A DNA stretch of 64,000 bases from an uncultured Chloroflexia bacterium (GCA_963713975.1 OY970218.1:1120001-1184000), one strand, 5' to 3'; positions 1 to 11,404 are shown, counted from the first letter of the stretch. Notes: generated by a model not told the origin, from the sequence alone. Numbers and translations are program-made.

Positions 1-639
1 ATCGTCGCCCGCGGTGACCAGCAGCTCGAGGGGGCCACCGGTACGGCCCACGACCCTGTGGACGGGGAGCGCGTCGAGGACCTCATTCGCGATGACCGCA
101 CCGGCCGCTGGGCCGATGACCGTCCCCGGCAGGACAAGCCTGTCCGCCAGACCGGCTGTCGCCAGGCGCTCCCGCAGCGTGTCCAAGCGCGCGGCCTCCA
201 CCTCCAGCGGCTGGTAGCGCACCGCGTCGAGGAATGCCGGGCCAACCTCGCGCAGCCCGTCCAGGAGCCCGGCGGCGAGCGTCCCCGTTCCCGCGCCCGG
301 CTCCGTGATCACGAACTCTGCGGGCCTTCCCATCGCGTCCCACGCCTGCTCCAGCAGCCGCCCGACGGCCGCGCCGAAGATCGGGTGGGCCTCGGGCGAC
401 GTGAGGAAGTCGCCGTGACGGCCGGGCCCGGGCGAGGGACGGCGGTAGTAGCCATGACCCGGCTCGTAGAGGGCCCGCTCCATGAACCGGGCGAAGGTCA
501 TGGGCCCGGTCCGTGCGATCTCGTCCCGGATGGCGGCCGCCAGGGACTCGTCCTCGCCGACCGACTCGGGATCCGGCAGCGCCTCGCGGCGGTAGTCGGC
601 GATGCCGGGCGACGCGGTGGGTTCTTCACCGCGGCTCAT
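1..639 (-). CDS. SAM-dependent methyltransferase, MidA/NDUFAF7 family (partial, runs off window start)
   Basis: Read manually on the minus strand from ATG 639: IRDEIARTGPMTFARFMERALYEPGHGYY, GDFLTSPEAHPIFG, VIANEVLDALPVH. ATGA overlap with the upstream gene. Confidence 0.85.
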   Translation of the reverse strand, partial: MSRGEEPTASPGIADYRREALPDPESVGEDESLAAAIRDEIARTGPMTFARFMERALYEPGHGYYRRPSPGPGRHGDFLTSPEAHPIFGAAVGRLLEQAWDAMGRPAEFVITEPGAGTGTLAAGLLDGLREVGPAFLDAVRYQPLEVEAARLDTLRERLATAGLADRLVLPGTVIGPAAGAVIANEVLDALPVHRVVGRTGGPLELLVTAGDD

Positions 640-1721
640 CGGTCGCCCGACAGCGCCAGCCGCGCCCCCGGACCCACCAGCCCGTGCCCGCCGAGCAGGA
701 TGGGGACGCTGGCTCCGGCCGCGGCCGCCGTGACCTCGGCCAGCCATGGGTCCCGGACCCGTTCGGGGAGCAGCAGGTCGCTGGCGAAGCGGTCCTCGGA
801 TGTCGGCCAGTCCCGCTCGTCCGCACCGAGGTGATGGGCGAGGAGCACCCGGCTGTCGATCAGCGCGCCATCCGAGAGCCTCGCCACGAGGCGTCCGAGA
901 CCCCCGGGGCCGTCGCGGTCCAGCAGCTCACCGAGCACGCTTCGCGCGGGCCGGCGGTTGGGTCGGCCGACGAGCGTCCCGGCGGCAGCGGTCCGCAGGC
1001 CACGCTCCTCGACGATGGCTCGAGTGCGGGACCCGGTCTCCCGCTCCAGCCAGCGCAGGTCGGCGGAGGCCATCCGGCCCGCGACCAGGAGCTCCGCACC
1101 AGGGTCCGCGACCAGGGTCCGGAGCGCGGTCAGTCTCGTCTGCACGACGGAGGCATCGGCGGCCTCGGGGAGCGGCAGGCCGTCGGGGGCGGCCCGGGCG
1201 CCGTCCAGGAGCACGAGGTCCAGCGGCGAATCGACGTCCATGGCGAGCCATCGCCGGGCCCGGAGGTCCGACACCGGGATCCCCGCCACCTCCGCCAGCC
1301 AGCGCGGAAGCGCGTTGTCCGAGGCCGGCGCCGCGGCGAGATCCCGGAACACCAGGTCCATCCGGGCGATCGCGATGACATCCGCCGAGTACCGATGGTT
1401 GGCGAGGGCCGCCGGCCGCATCCCCCCCGCCGCCTCGACGAATGTGCGCCGGTCCGCAGGGGTCGCCAGCGGGATCGCCCCAGCCCCCAGGACCACCAGT
1501 CCGATCGGCCGCAACTCCGCCACGAGCCGGTGGAGGCGCGTGCCGAATGGAGTATCGTCGGGCGGCTCGCGGCGGACGACGACCTCGCCCGCGCCGGCCG
1601 CGAGGAACCCGCGCCGGTGGTGCTCGGCGAGCGCGACCCGTGCGTCGTCCAGGCGGCGCAGGAGCGGCCCGGCGTCGGGAGCGAGCGCGGGGGCGAGAAC
1701 GAGGACGGTGACGGGCGGCAT
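636..1721 (-). CDS. Hypothetical protein, possible CofC/GT-A nucleotidyltransferase-like fold
   Basis: ORF 636..1814 trimmed to ATG 1721, which lies 7 nt after a TACACT -10. Motif AMDVDSPLDL resembles the DxDxPxDL of CofC-like proteins. Confidence 0.6.
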   Translation of the reverse strand: MPPVTVLVLAPALAPDAGPLLRRLDDARVALAEHHRRGFLAAGAGEVVVRREPPDDTPFGTRLHRLVAELRPIGLVVLGAGAIPLATPADRRTFVEAAGGMRPAALANHRYSADVIAIARMDLVFRDLAAAPASDNALPRWLAEVAGIPVSDLRARRWLAMDVDSPLDLVLLDGARAAPDGLPLPEAADASVVQTRLTALRTLVADPGAELLVAGRMASADLRWLERETGSRTRAIVEERGLRTAAAGTLVGRPNRRPARSVLGELLDRDGPGGLGRLVARLSDGALIDSRVLLAHHLGADERDWPTSEDRFASDLLLPERVRDPWLAEVTAAAAGASVPILLGGHGLVGPGARLALSGDR

Positions 1722-1756
1722 CCGCCCGAGTGTATCGACGGGAGGGCCGCGGAGCC

Positions 1757-2371
1757 GTGGCGATCGTGCGGGCATACATCGGGCTCGGCGCCAACGTGGG
1801 CGACGCGGCGGCAACGCTGGCCGCCGCGATCCACACCCTGGGTGCCCTGCCGGGGGTGCGCCTCAGCGGCGTGTCGCGGCTCTACGCCACCGAGCCCGTG
1901 GGTGTGCTCGACCAGCCCGAGTTCCGCAACGCGGCCGTCGCCCTGGACGTGCCGGCGGGACCGGATCCCGCGACGGGCGCGTCCGCGCTGCTGATCGCGC
2001 TCAAGGACCTGGAGCGCGCGTTCGGCCGCCGGCCCCGCGCGCGGTGGGGCCCGCGCGAGGTGGACCTGGACCTGCTGGTGTTCGGGCGCCACCGGGTGGA
2101 CGTCGAGCGGCCGATCGAGGGCCGGAGCGCGGACCCGGCCAAGGCCACGCTGCCGCTGGTCGTGCCGCACGCGGAGGCACGCAACCGTCTGTTCGTCCTC
2201 GCCCCCCTGTCAGACCTGGCCCCGGGCCTCGTGCCGCCGGGATGGGGCGAGACGGTGTCGACGGCATCGGACCGGCAGCGTGCCCTGGAGGGTGCCGACG
2301 CGGCCCGCCCGATCGCGACCTGGGACGGCGACGGCTGGGTGCCGGAGCCCGGGACGCCTGCCGCGGGCTAG
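1757..2371 (+). CDS. folK: 2-amino-4-hydroxy-6-hydroxymethyldihydropteridine diphosphokinase
   Basis: AYIGLGANVGD, SRLYATEP, QPEFRNAA, RWGPREVDLDLL, VPH...RLFVLAPL. Confidence 0.95.
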   Translation: MAIVRAYIGLGANVGDAAATLAAAIHTLGALPGVRLSGVSRLYATEPVGVLDQPEFRNAAVALDVPAGPDPATGASALLIALKDLERAFGRRPRARWGPREVDLDLLVFGRHRVDVERPIEGRSADPAKATLPLVVPHAEARNRLFVLAPLSDLAPGLVPPGWGETVSTASDRQRALEGADAARPIATWDGDGWVPEPGTPAAG

Positions 2372-3351
2372 AGCCTGACGGCGGGCGGCCGGTCGCGGTC
2401 GAACATGTGGACCGTGTCCACGAACCGGACCTGCTTCGTCTGGTAGGCCATCACCAGCGAGTGGGTCCTTGCCCCTCCGCCAAAGAAGCGGACCCCCTGC
2501 AGCAGCTCGCCGGCCGTCACGCCGGTTGCCGCGAACACGAGCTGCTCGCCGGACGCCAGGTCCTCGGTCCGGTAGACCCGGTCCTCGTCGGCGTGGCCCA
2601 GCATGGCCGCCGCTCGCTCGCGATCCTCGGCGCTGCGGAACCGGAAGCGGGCCTGGATCTCGCCCCCGAGGCAGCGCAGCGCGGCCGCGGTGATCACGCC
2701 CTCGGGTGCCCCGCCGATACCCATCACCGCGTGTACGCCGGTGCCCTGCACCGCGCAACTGATCGCAGCCGAGACATCCCCGTCGGTGATCAGCTTGATC
2801 CGGGCACCGGTCCCGCGCACCTCGGCGATCAGGTCGGCATGGCGCGGCCGGTCGAGGATGATCACGGTGATGTCGGACACCTTGCGCCGCAGCGCCTCGG
2901 CGACCCGGTGGCAGTTCTCCGCGGCGGGCCGGGTGATGTCCACGCAGCCCGCGGCGATCGGCCCCACGGCCAGCTTCTCGAGATAGGTGTCGGGTGCGTG
3001 CGTCAGCCCGCCGGTCTCGGACGCGGCCAGCACCGTGAGCGCGCCGCCCTGGCCCGTGGCGACCAGGTTCGTCCCCTCCAGCGGGTCCACCGCGATGTCC
3101 ACGGCCGCGACGGCCCCGCCCTCCCCGTGGCGGCCGACCTGCTCGCCGATGTAGAGCATCGGGGCGTCGTCCCGCTCGCCCTCCCCGATCACGATCGTCC
3201 CGGCCAGCTCGGTCTCGTCCATCGCCCGGCGCATCGCCTCGGTGGCAGCCTGGTCGGCCTCGTCCCGGGCGCCACGGCCCATGAAGCGCGCGGAGGCGAT
3301 CGCGGCGGCCTCGGTGACCCGGACCATCTCGAGTGCGAGGAGCTGTTCCAT
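2368..3351 (-). CDS. glpX: Class II fructose-1,6-bisphosphatase
   Basis: [52 protein letters not shown]. Start at ATG 3351. Confidence 0.95.
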   Translation of the reverse strand: MEQLLALEMVRVTEAAAIASARFMGRGARDEADQAATEAMRRAMDETELAGTIVIGEGERDDAPMLYIGEQVGRHGEGGAVAAVDIAVDPLEGTNLVATGQGGALTVLAASETGGLTHAPDTYLEKLAVGPIAAGCVDITRPAAENCHRVAEALRRKVSDITVIILDRPRHADLIAEVRGTGARIKLITDGDVSAAISCAVQGTGVHAVMGIGGAPEGVITAAALRCLGGEIQARFRFRSAEDRERAAAMLGHADEDRVYRTEDLASGEQLVFAATGVTAGELLQGVRFFGGGARTHSLVMAYQTKQVRFVDTVHMFDRDRPPAVRL

Positions 3352-3400
3352 TCCTGTCCTCCCGGGGAGCGGTGGAGGGACGTGAGCCGGGCGCCGCGAC

Positions 3401-4948
3401 CTAGTGGCGGAAGTGGCGGCGCCCCGTGAACACCATCGCCAGGTGGTGGCGGTTGGCGACCTCGATCGCCATCTCGTCACGGATGGACCCGCCCGGCTGG
3501 ATGATCGCCGTGATCCCGGCATTGGCCGCGATCTGGATTCCGTCCGGGAACGGGAAGTAGGCGTCCGAGGCCATGACCGACAGCCGGGTCCGGTCGCCAG
3601 CGCGCCGCAGCGCGATGTCCACGGCGACGTTCCGGCTTGCCTGGGCGGCCCCTATCCCGACCGACGCGCCATTGCGCGCCAGCACGATCGCGTTCGAGCG
3701 GACATGCCGGACGGCACGCCACGCGAACAGCAGGTCGGTGAGCTCGCCGAGCGTCGGGTGACGCCGGGTCACCACCTGCAGCTGACCGCGGTCCAGGTCC
3801 ACAGCGTCGAGGCCCTCGACCAGCAGCCCGCCGCCGACGCGCTTGAAGTCCAGGTTCGCGATCCCGTAGTCGCGCATCCCCTCGGACGGGGAGGCGGGGA
3901 CGGCCAGCAGCTCCAGGCCAGGCTTGGACTTGAGGATCCCGAGCGCCGCCGGGCTGAAGCCGGGGGCGATGACCGCCTCATACGAGTTGGCGGCGATCTC
4001 GCGGGCCGTCGCGCCGTCCAGCTCCCGGTTGACGCCCACGATGCCACCGAACGAGGAGACGGGGTCCGTGTCGAGTGCCCGCCGGTACGCCTCGACCAGC
4101 TCCTCCGCCGACGCGAGCCCTACCGGATCGGTGTGCTTGGTGATCACGACGGTCGGGGCCGTGTAGTCGGACGCGATCCGATAGGCGGCGTCCAGGTCCA
4201 TGAGGTTGTTGAACGTGGGCGGGGCGCCGTGCACCTGCGTCGCGTCGGACAGGCTGCCGGACCGGTGCGTCGTCTCGCGGTAGAACGCCGCGCGCTGGTG
4301 GGGGTTCTCGCCGTAGGGCAGGTCGGCAACCTTCTCGAGGACCAGCGCCAGGCGTTGCGGGTACACGTTGTTCGAGATCTGGTTGAAGTAGGCGGCGATC
4401 TCGGCGTAGTAGGCGGCGACGGTGCTGAACGCATCGGCCGCCAGCCGGTAGCGCGTGTCGGCGGAGACCTGGCCAAGGGTCCGCAGCTCCTCCATCACGG
4501 CGGGATAGTGGGCAGGGGACGGGACGGCGACGACGCCGGCGGCATTGCGCGCAGCGGCGCCGAGGAGGGCGGCGCCCGCGACGTCGATCAGCTCGATGGC
4601 CTCGTCGATGCCGATGCGCTGGCGCCCCACCTCGGGTGCGAAGGGCTTCACGTTGACGACCACGAGGTCGATCAGGCCGATCTCCTGCTCGACCAGCTGG
4701 TCCAGCTGGTCGGCGCGGTCACGCCGGGCCAGGATGCCGGCGTAGATCGCGGGGTGGAAGGTCCGGACCTGGCCACCGACCAGCGGGGGGACGGCGGTCA
4801 GCTCCGATACGGACGCGGACTCGATGCCATCGGCGGCGAGGTGCTCGCGGGTGCCGTCCGTCGCGACCAGCTCCACGCCCAGGCCCTGGAGATCTCGCGC
4901 GAACGCCGAGATCCCGTCGCGGTTCGCAACCGAGAGCAGTGCACGCAC
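3401..4948 (-). CDS. purH: Bifunctional AICAR transformylase/IMP cyclohydrolase
   Basis: RALLSV, YGENPHQ, SSFGGIV, SNAIV, ASDAYFPFPDG, IIQPGGSIRD, FTGRRHFRH. Confidence 0.95.
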   Translation of the reverse strand: MRALLSVANRDGISAFARDLQGLGVELVATDGTREHLAADGIESASVSELTAVPPLVGGQVRTFHPAIYAGILARRDRADQLDQLVEQEIGLIDLVVVNVKPFAPEVGRQRIGIDEAIELIDVAGAALLGAAARNAAGVVAVPSPAHYPAVMEELRTLGQVSADTRYRLAADAFSTVAAYYAEIAAYFNQISNNVYPQRLALVLEKVADLPYGENPHQRAAFYRETTHRSGSLSDATQVHGAPPTFNNLMDLDAAYRIASDYTAPTVVITKHTDPVGLASAEELVEAYRRALDTDPVSSFGGIVGVNRELDGATAREIAANSYEAVIAPGFSPAALGILKSKPGLELLAVPASPSEGMRDYGIANLDFKRVGGGLLVEGLDAVDLDRGQLQVVTRRHPTLGELTDLLFAWRAVRHVRSNAIVLARNGASVGIGAAQASRNVAVDIALRRAGDRTRLSVMASDAYFPFPDGIQIAANAGITAIIQPGGSIRDEMAIEVANRHHLAMVFTGRRHFRH

Positions 4949-5137
4949 CTGCGCGGTTCCTCCTCCGGCGGTTCGTCCGGGCCGCGTCCGGGGCGTCGAG
5001 CGTGTGCTGCGAGGGGACTCCGGGGCCGTTCCACCTGGCGCGCACGACGTCGGGTCGAGTATACCGTGGCCCTCGTGGCATACTCGGGACCACCCATCAG
5101 CGTGGCCGGGGTCCCGGCCGTTGCGGAGACATCACGC

Positions 5138-5569
5138 GTGCAGCTCTGGCCCTGGGAGTACCTCTTCACCTCGTTCGACAATACGAACTTCCCCGACCTC
5201 TACAACCAGATCCTCGTCGCGGCGATCGGGTTGCTGGTCGCGGCGATCGTCTTCTACAACGTGCGGACCCGACAGCTGCACCGGCATGCGGTCTACCTGC
5301 AGATGTACGAGTGGATCCTGTGGACCTGCGTGGTCCTGTCCAGCCTGCTGATCGTGTTCTGGATCTTCCGCTTCGACTGGATTCTGGTCCTGGGCACGCT
5401 CGTCACCGGTCTTTCGGTGCTGGTCTGGATCCGGTTCATCCGGTTCCCGCCCTACTTCGCCGCGTACGAGCGGCAGCTCGCGAAGCAGCGCTACTACTCT
5501 CGTCAGCGCTTTGCCCATCCCGAGACCACGATCCGCACCAAGTCCTCGCGCCGGCGCCGCCGCCGCTAG
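5138..5569 (+). CDS. Hypothetical membrane protein (about 3 TM, Arg-rich C-terminus)
   Basis: 3' part of ORF 3404..5569 from GTG 5138, with hydrophobic segments and GC3-rich codons. Confidence 0.7.
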   Translation: MQLWPWEYLFTSFDNTNFPDLYNQILVAAIGLLVAAIVFYNVRTRQLHRHAVYLQMYEWILWTCVVLSSLLIVFWIFRFDWILVLGTLVTGLSVLVWIRFIRFPPYFAAYERQLAKQRYYSRQRFAHPETTIRTKSSRRRRRR

Positions 5570-5584
5570 CAGGGAGCAGGGCCC

Positions 5585-6073
5585 GTGCCGATCGACATCC
5601 GGCGGTTCGGTGTCGGGCACCGCCGCCCGGATGGTCCGCCGGGAACCGAGGGGATCGAGGGCCAGGTCATCGAGAGCGGTCCCCCGGGCGTGATCGCCGA
5701 GCTGGCGTTCTCGCGGCACGCGCGGATCACCCCCCACACCAACCCCGCCTGGACCTGGTTCGTCGTGATCGAGGGTGGTGGCTGGGTGGGTGTCGGTGAC
5801 GAGCGGACCCGGGTGCAGGCGGGTGAGGCCGTTGCCTGGCCGCCCGACGTCCTCCACGGCGCATGGACCGACGGAACCCAGATGCGGGCGATCGTCGTGG
5901 AGTTCTCGCCGCTGCAGCTGGCGCTGCCGCTGGTGGTCGATGGTGCAGCGGCGCTCGGACCGGGACCCAGCAGCCACCCCGTGGGCAAGGGCGAAGGCGA
6001 CCTGGTAGCGCGACCTGCGCCCCGGGTCTGGCCGCTCACGGGGCGCGATGCCGAGGAAGGCGAGCCGGTGTAG
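5585..6073 (+). CDS. Cupin domain protein
   Basis: ITPHTNP...FVVIEGGG...WPPDVLHGA cupin motifs. Confidence 0.75.
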   Translation: MPIDIRRFGVGHRRPDGPPGTEGIEGQVIESGPPGVIAELAFSRHARITPHTNPAWTWFVVIEGGGWVGVGDERTRVQAGEAVAWPPDVLHGAWTDGTQMRAIVVEFSPLQLALPLVVDGAAALGPGPSSHPVGKGEGDLVARPAPRVWPLTGRDAEEGEPV

Positions 6074-6908
6074 GTTCGGGCGGGAGCCGGTCCCCGTCGG
6101 CGTCCCCTGCCCCGCCCGGGACTCCGGGGCCGGCCGAGACCGCCCCGGCCGGGGACACGTTCGACGGCACCCCATCATCGTGCCGGGGATCACGTTCCCA
6201 CCGACGATGGAGGGCCGACCCGTGGTTGCGGTCGGGCCGGAGGCCGACGCCCGTATCGCCGCGGCGACGGACGACTCGCCGATCGCGGTGAGCGGGTGGC
6301 TCCTGGGCTCGGAGCACCGGCGATGCCCGGACACCAAGTGGGACAGCCCTGCCCCCAACGGCGTCGACTTCGATGACTGCGTTGCCGTGCCGTTGCGCGC
6401 CTCGCAGGATGGGGGGGCGACCCTGCCCCTGCACTTCGACCGCCAGGATCCGCCCGCGTGGCACAGCTCGCCTGCCGTGACCCAGGTGATGCGCATCCTC
6501 GTCCAGGTCCACGTCCGCGACGCCGGGTGCTCCGACGCCGACTGCGTGCACAAGGCGGTCTTCGACAAGGTGCTCATGTACGGGTCACCGCTGATCTCGC
6601 CGCCGGTCCTGGCGGCGACCATGCCGCCCGGTGGCATCTCGACGGAGCAGGCGATCGCGGCCGCGCGTGCCTACGACGTGCAGACCAGGCTGGGGTTCGG
6701 CGAGCCGAAGGTGCTGCTGTCGGCGGAGGCCGGCCCGCTCATCGTGGTCGCGCCAGAGGAATGGGGTGACGGCGCCGACCTCGCCTGGATCTGGGTCGTG
6801 CGGTTCGCCTCGGACGATGGCGGCAGCAACTACGAGGTCTATGTCGACTTCCTCGACGGATTGGTGTCCGGAGCAAGGGGGTCGAGCCCCGGCATGGGAT
6901 CCAACTGA
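6048..6908 (+). CDS. Hypothetical protein (start uncertain, possibly N-terminally truncated)
   Basis: Long ORF that becomes protein-like after about 6200, with paired Cys and no recognisable family. Confidence 0.4.
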   Translation: MPRKASRCRFGREPVPVGVPCPARDSGAGRDRPGRGHVRRHPIIVPGITFPPTMEGRPVVAVGPEADARIAAATDDSPIAVSGWLLGSEHRRCPDTKWDSPAPNGVDFDDCVAVPLRASQDGGATLPLHFDRQDPPAWHSSPAVTQVMRILVQVHVRDAGCSDADCVHKAVFDKVLMYGSPLISPPVLAATMPPGGISTEQAIAAARAYDVQTRLGFGEPKVLLSAEAGPLIVVAPEEWGDGADLAWIWVVRFASDDGGSNYEVYVDFLDGLVSGARGSSPGMGSN

Positions 6909-6940
6909 ACGACTCCACGAGCGCCGCTACCCCCTCCGGC

Positions 6941-7594
6941 TCAGGACGCCCCGTCACGCCCCAGCCAGGCGCCCAGCCCGCCGAGGACACGCGCCGTCAT
7001 GCCCCACACGGCCAGGCCCGCCACGGGGTACGCGGCGTAGCGCAGGTCCCACCCCCGGATCTGACGCTCGACCCACTGCAGCTCTCCGCCGGGCAGGAAC
7101 GCGGCCAGTGGCGCCTCGAGGATCGCGGCAACCTCCGTCGCCTGCGGCACCAGCACCGGGCGACGCTTGGCCACCGCCACGACGGGGGTCACCGTGAAGT
7201 TGCTGACGGGGATCCACTGCACGGACAGGGTCCCGAGGACCCGTACCCCGGCAGCCTCAACGTCCAGGCCCACCTCCTCCGCCGCCTCCCGCAGGGCCGT
7301 GGCCACGAGGTCGGCGTCGGTGGCCTCGGCCCGGCCACCTGGAAACGAGACCTCGCCCGAATGGTGGCCTCCCCGGTCGGCGCGCTCGGTGAGGACAAGG
7401 CGGGCCTCGCCGTGATCGCCCGGGAACACCAGGACCAGCACCGCCGCCAGCCTCGCCGAGGCATCAGACGCCGCCCAGGACGGCTGCGGCCTGGGAGCGC
7501 CGCTCTCGCGGAACACCGGGACAAGCGCATCGGGTCCGTCGGGAAGGACGTCGGGCAGCGGATCCAGGCGGCGGACGGCGTCTTCGAAGCGCAC
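6941..7594 (-). CDS. NUDIX hydrolase, CoA pyrophosphatase family
   Basis: AAVLV...LTER...HSGEVSFPGG...TALREAAEEVG, VWGMTA. Confidence 0.9.
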   Translation of the reverse strand: MRFEDAVRRLDPLPDVLPDGPDALVPVFRESGAPRPQPSWAASDASARLAAVLVLVFPGDHGEARLVLTERADRGGHHSGEVSFPGGRAEATDADLVATALREAAEEVGLDVEAAGVRVLGTLSVQWIPVSNFTVTPVVAVAKRRPVLVPQATEVAAILEAPLAAFLPGGELQWVERQIRGWDLRYAAYPVAGLAVWGMTARVLGGLGAWLGRDGAS

Positions 7595-7599
7595 GGGGG

Positions 7600-10362
7600 C
7601 TAGTTCACGAGGTCGCCGTCGTCCGGCCGCTTTCGCTCCCCGAGCGGTGGCAGGTCGAACGCGGACCCGCGTCCGGCGGCGTCCCTCGCATCGGCTCCGG
7701 CGACATCACGGCCCCCCGCGGCACGGGCGTCGCGACGGTCGTCCGCATCGGCCACCACCGTTGACGACGCGGTCGAGAACACGAGGGTCGATCCAGCCAC
7801 CGGGTCGGCATCTGCAGTCACGGTGTCGCCGGGCTTGAACGTCCCGGAGAGAAGGGCCCGTGCAAAGGGGTTCTCCACGAGCCGCTGGATGGTCCGCTTG
7901 AGGGGTCGGGCGCCAAAGGCCGGGTCCGTGCCCTCGCGCACGATCAGCGCCTGGGCCGCGGGCGTCACCTCGAGGGTCAGGTCGTTGGCGGTGATCCGCA
8001 CCTGCAGGTCGGCCAGCAGCAGGCCCGCGATGGCTGCCAGGTCCGCGTCGCCCAGCGCGTGGAACACGATGACCTCGTCGATCCGGTTGAGGAACTCAGG
8101 CCGGAAGGTGCCGCGCAGCTGGTCCGTGACCCGGCGCTTCATCGACTCGTAGTCCTCGCCGCCCGGTCGCCCGGCGAACCCCTGGATCTCCTGGCTGCCG
8201 ATGTTCGAGGTCATGATCACGACGGTGTTCTTGAAGTCCACGGTCCGGCCCTGCGAGTCCGTGAGACGGCCGTCGTCGAGCACCTGGAGGAGCACGTTGA
8301 AGACGTCGGGATGGGCCTTCTCGATCTCGTCGAGGAGGATCACCTGGTACGGCCGCCGGCGGACGGCCTCGGTCAGCTGGCCGCCCTCCTCGTACCCCAC
8401 GTAGCCGGGAGGTGCGCCGACCAGACGCGAGACGGCGAACTTCTCCATGTACTCGCTCATGTCGATGCGCACCATCGCGTGCTCGTCGTCGAACAGGAAC
8501 TGGGCGAGGGCGCGGGCCAGCTCGGTCTTGCCGACGCCCGTGGGCCCCAGGAACAGGAACGAGCCGATAGGCCGTCGTGGGTCCTTGAGCCCGGCACGCG
8601 CCCGGCGGACCGCGTCCGACACGGCGCCGATGGCCTCGTCCTGGCCGATGACGCGGTCGTGGAGGCGCTCCTCCATGTGGACCAGCTTCTCGAGCTCGCC
8701 CTCCAGGAGCCGGGTGACGGGGATCCCCGTCCAGGCGGCGACGATCTCGGCCACGTCGTCGGCCGACACTTCCTCCTTGAGGAGCGCGCCTGGGCCCTGG
8801 AGGGCGGCGAGCGCCGCCTCCTCGGCCTGCATCCGCTCGGCCAGCTCTCCGGCCCGGCCATACTTGAGCTCCGCGGCGCGGCCGTAGTCGGCCTCACGCT
8901 CGGCCTGCTCGATCCGGACCTGGAGCTGCTCCAGCTCCGACTTGGTGGCCTGCATCGCGCTGATGGCGTCCTTCTCGGCTTCCCAGCGCTGCTTCATCGC
9001 GCCGGCCTCCTCGCCGATCTCGCCGAGCTCCTTCTCCAGCGATTCCAGGCGGGCCCGGGAGGCGTCGTCGGTCTCCTTGCGCAGGGCCTCGCGCTCGATC
9101 TCCAGCTGGATCCGGCGTCGCTCGAGCTCGTCCAGCTCGACCGGCATCGAGTCGATCTCCATCCGCAGCCGGCTGGCGGCCTCGTCCACCAGGTCGATCG
9201 CCTTGTCCGGCAGGAAGCGCTCCGTGATGTAGCGGTCGGACAGGGTGGCCGCGGCGACCAGCGCCGAGTCCGTGATCCGGACCCCGTGGTGGACCTCGTA
9301 GCGCTCCCGCAGGCCGCGCAGAATCGAGATCGTCTCCTCCACCGACGGCTGGTCCACGAGGACCGGCTGGAAGCGGCGCTCGAGCGCAGCGTCCTTCTCG
9401 ATGTGCTTTCGGTACTCGTCGAGCGTCGTCGCCCCGATCGTGTGCAGCTCGCCGCGAGCAAGCATGGGCTTGAGCAGGTTGGACGCGTCCATCGCGCCCT
9501 CGGCCGCCCCCGCGCCCACGACGGTGTGCAGCTCGTCGATGAACAGGATCACGCGCCCTTCGCTGTCCTTGATCTCCTTGAGGACCGCCTTGAGGCGCTC
9601 CTCGAACTCGCCGCGGAACTTGGAGCCGGCGATGAGCGCCCCGAGATCGAGCGTGATCACCCGCTTGTCCTTGAGCGTCTCGGGGACGTCACCACGCACG
9701 ATCCGCTGGGCGAGGCCCTCCGCGATGGCCGTCTTGCCAACGCCGGGCTCGCCGATGAGGACCGGGTTGTTCTTGGTCCGGCGCGACAGGACCTGGATGA
9801 CCCGGCGGATCTCCTCGTCCCGCCCGATGACCGGGTCAAGCCCGCCCGCACGCGCCTCGGCGGTCAGGTCGCGACCGTACTTCTCCAAGGCCTGGTAGGT
9901 GCCCTCGGGGTTGGCGCTGGTCACGCGCTGGCCCCCGCGCACGGTCTGGAGGGCGCCGAGGATGGCCTCGCGGCCGGCGCCACTGCGCTCGAGGAGCTGC
10001 TGGGCCTCTCCCCCGGTCTCGGCGACGGCGAGCAGCAGGTGCTCGGTGGACGTGTACTCATCGCCCAGGCGCCGCGCCTCTTCCTGGGCGCGCTCGATGA
10101 CCTGCTTGGCGCGTGGGTCCAGCGCCAGCTGGCCGCCCTGGATCCGGGCCCGCCGGGCCAGGGTGGCGGCCAGCTCGCCGCGGAACGCGACCAGGTCCAC
10201 GCCAAGGCGTCGCAGGGTCTCGGCGGGGATGCCGTCGTCCGGCGTCACCAGGGCGGCGAGCAGGTGCTCGGCGTCGAGCACGGGGCTCTGCAGGCGCCCG
10301 GCTAGCTGCTGGGCGGTGATGATGGCCTCCTGGGCCTTCTCGGTGAAGCGGTCGAGCTGCAT
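7600..10362 (-). CDS. clpB: ATP-dependent chaperone ClpB
   Basis: [11 protein letters not shown] start, two AAA+ modules ([16 protein letters not shown]) and a long coiled-coil M domain. Confidence 0.97.
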   Translation of the reverse strand: MQLDRFTEKAQEAIITAQQLAGRLQSPVLDAEHLLAALVTPDDGIPAETLRRLGVDLVAFRGELAATLARRARIQGGQLALDPRAKQVIERAQEEARRLGDEYTSTEHLLLAVAETGGEAQQLLERSGAGREAILGALQTVRGGQRVTSANPEGTYQALEKYGRDLTAEARAGGLDPVIGRDEEIRRVIQVLSRRTKNNPVLIGEPGVGKTAIAEGLAQRIVRGDVPETLKDKRVITLDLGALIAGSKFRGEFEERLKAVLKEIKDSEGRVILFIDELHTVVGAGAAEGAMDASNLLKPMLARGELHTIGATTLDEYRKHIEKDAALERRFQPVLVDQPSVEETISILRGLRERYEVHHGVRITDSALVAAATLSDRYITERFLPDKAIDLVDEAASRLRMEIDSMPVELDELERRRIQLEIEREALRKETDDASRARLESLEKELGEIGEEAGAMKQRWEAEKDAISAMQATKSELEQLQVRIEQAEREADYGRAAELKYGRAGELAERMQAEEAALAALQGPGALLKEEVSADDVAEIVAAWTGIPVTRLLEGELEKLVHMEERLHDRVIGQDEAIGAVSDAVRRARAGLKDPRRPIGSFLFLGPTGVGKTELARALAQFLFDDEHAMVRIDMSEYMEKFAVSRLVGAPPGYVGYEEGGQLTEAVRRRPYQVILLDEIEKAHPDVFNVLLQVLDDGRLTDSQGRTVDFKNTVVIMTSNIGSQEIQGFAGRPGGEDYESMKRRVTDQLRGTFRPEFLNRIDEVIVFHALGDADLAAIAGLLLADLQVRITANDLTLEVTPAAQALIVREGTDPAFGARPLKRTIQRLVENPFARALLSGTFKPGDTVTADADPVAGSTLVFSTASSTVVADADDRRDARAAGGRDVAGADARDAAGRGSAFDLPPLGERKRPDDGDLVN

Positions 10363-10399
10363 GGTTCGGTCTCGTGCTGGTGCGTGGTGGGTCGGGTGG

Positions 10400-11404
10400 T
10401 CAGGTGTCCGCCCGGGGGGCGGGCTGGTCGACGAGGTCGAGGAAGGTGCTGGCCGCGTCCCTCGCGCGGTCGTCCAGGATGGCGGGCAGGACCACCCGGA
10501 CCTTGACGTACAGGTCACCGGTGCCGCCGCCCTTGAGCCTGGGCATGCCCTGCCCCGTCAGGCGGATGGACTTGCCGGCCTGGGTGCCGGCCGGGATCGT
10601 GAGCAGGACCCGGCCCTTGAGCGTTGAGACGGGCACCGCCGCGCCCAGCAGCGCCTCGCGCAGCGACACCGCGAGCTCGCGCTCCAGGTCGGCACCCCTG
10701 CGCTGATAGGTTGCGTGGGGGCGGACGCGGACCGTCACGACGATGTCCTCGCCGCCGGGCCCCTTGCCGCTCAGCCTGACGCGGCTGCCGGTGTCAACGC
10801 CGCGCGGCAGTTGCACCTCGTACCGCTTGCCTTCCACGTCCAGCAGGCGGCTGGTCCCATGGAAGGCCTCCTCCAGGCTGATGTCGGCCGGGGCCTCGAT
10901 CTCACTCCTGGTCGCTCGATCTCGCGCGGCAGCACGGCTCCGTCCAGCGCCCCCCCGGGCGGCTCCCGCGGCCTGGGCGCCGGCCGCCGCACCCGAGAAG
11001 AACATGCGGAAGAAGTCGGAGAAGCCAGGATCGCCGCCGCCCGCGGTCCGGAACTCGTAGCGGACGTTGCCGCCCCCGCCGCCACCGGCGCCCCCGGTCC
11101 CGAACCCACCGAACCCCGCAAAGGGTCCGCCCGGCCCGAACGGATCGGCGCCCCCGCGGGCACCGGCACCCCGCTGGTACTGGTCCCAGTTCGCGCCAAG
11201 GGCGTCGTACTGCTTGCGCTTGTCGGGGTCCGACAGGACCGCGTTCGCCTCGTTGACGTCCTTGAACCGCCGCTCCGCGGCCGCATCACCGGGGTTCCGG
11301 TCCGGATGGTGCTCGCGCGCGAGCTTCCGGAATGCCTTCTTGACGTCGGCCTGGCTCGCCGACCGTGGCACCCCGAGGATCTCGTAGTAGTCGCGGTACT
11401 CCAT
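10400..11404 (-). CDS. DnaJ-class II/CbpA-like co-chaperone (J domain, G/F region, no Zn finger)
   Basis: DYYEILGV...HPD, Gly/Phe-rich linker, DnaJ C-terminal domain. Confidence 0.92.
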   Translation of the reverse strand: MEYRDYYEILGVPRSASQADVKKAFRKLAREHHPDRNPGDAAAERRFKDVNEANAVLSDPDKRKQYDALGANWDQYQRGAGARGGADPFGPGGPFAGFGGFGTGGAGGGGGGNVRYEFRTAGGGDPGFSDFFRMFFSGAAAGAQAAGAARGGAGRSRAAARDRATRSEIEAPADISLEEAFHGTSRLLDVEGKRYEVQLPRGVDTGSRVRLSGKGPGGEDIVVTVRVRPHATYQRRGADLERELAVSLREALLGAAVPVSTLKGRVLLTIPAGTQAGKSIRLTGQGMPRLKGGGTGDLYVKVRVVLPAILDDRARDAASTFLDLVDQPAPRADT

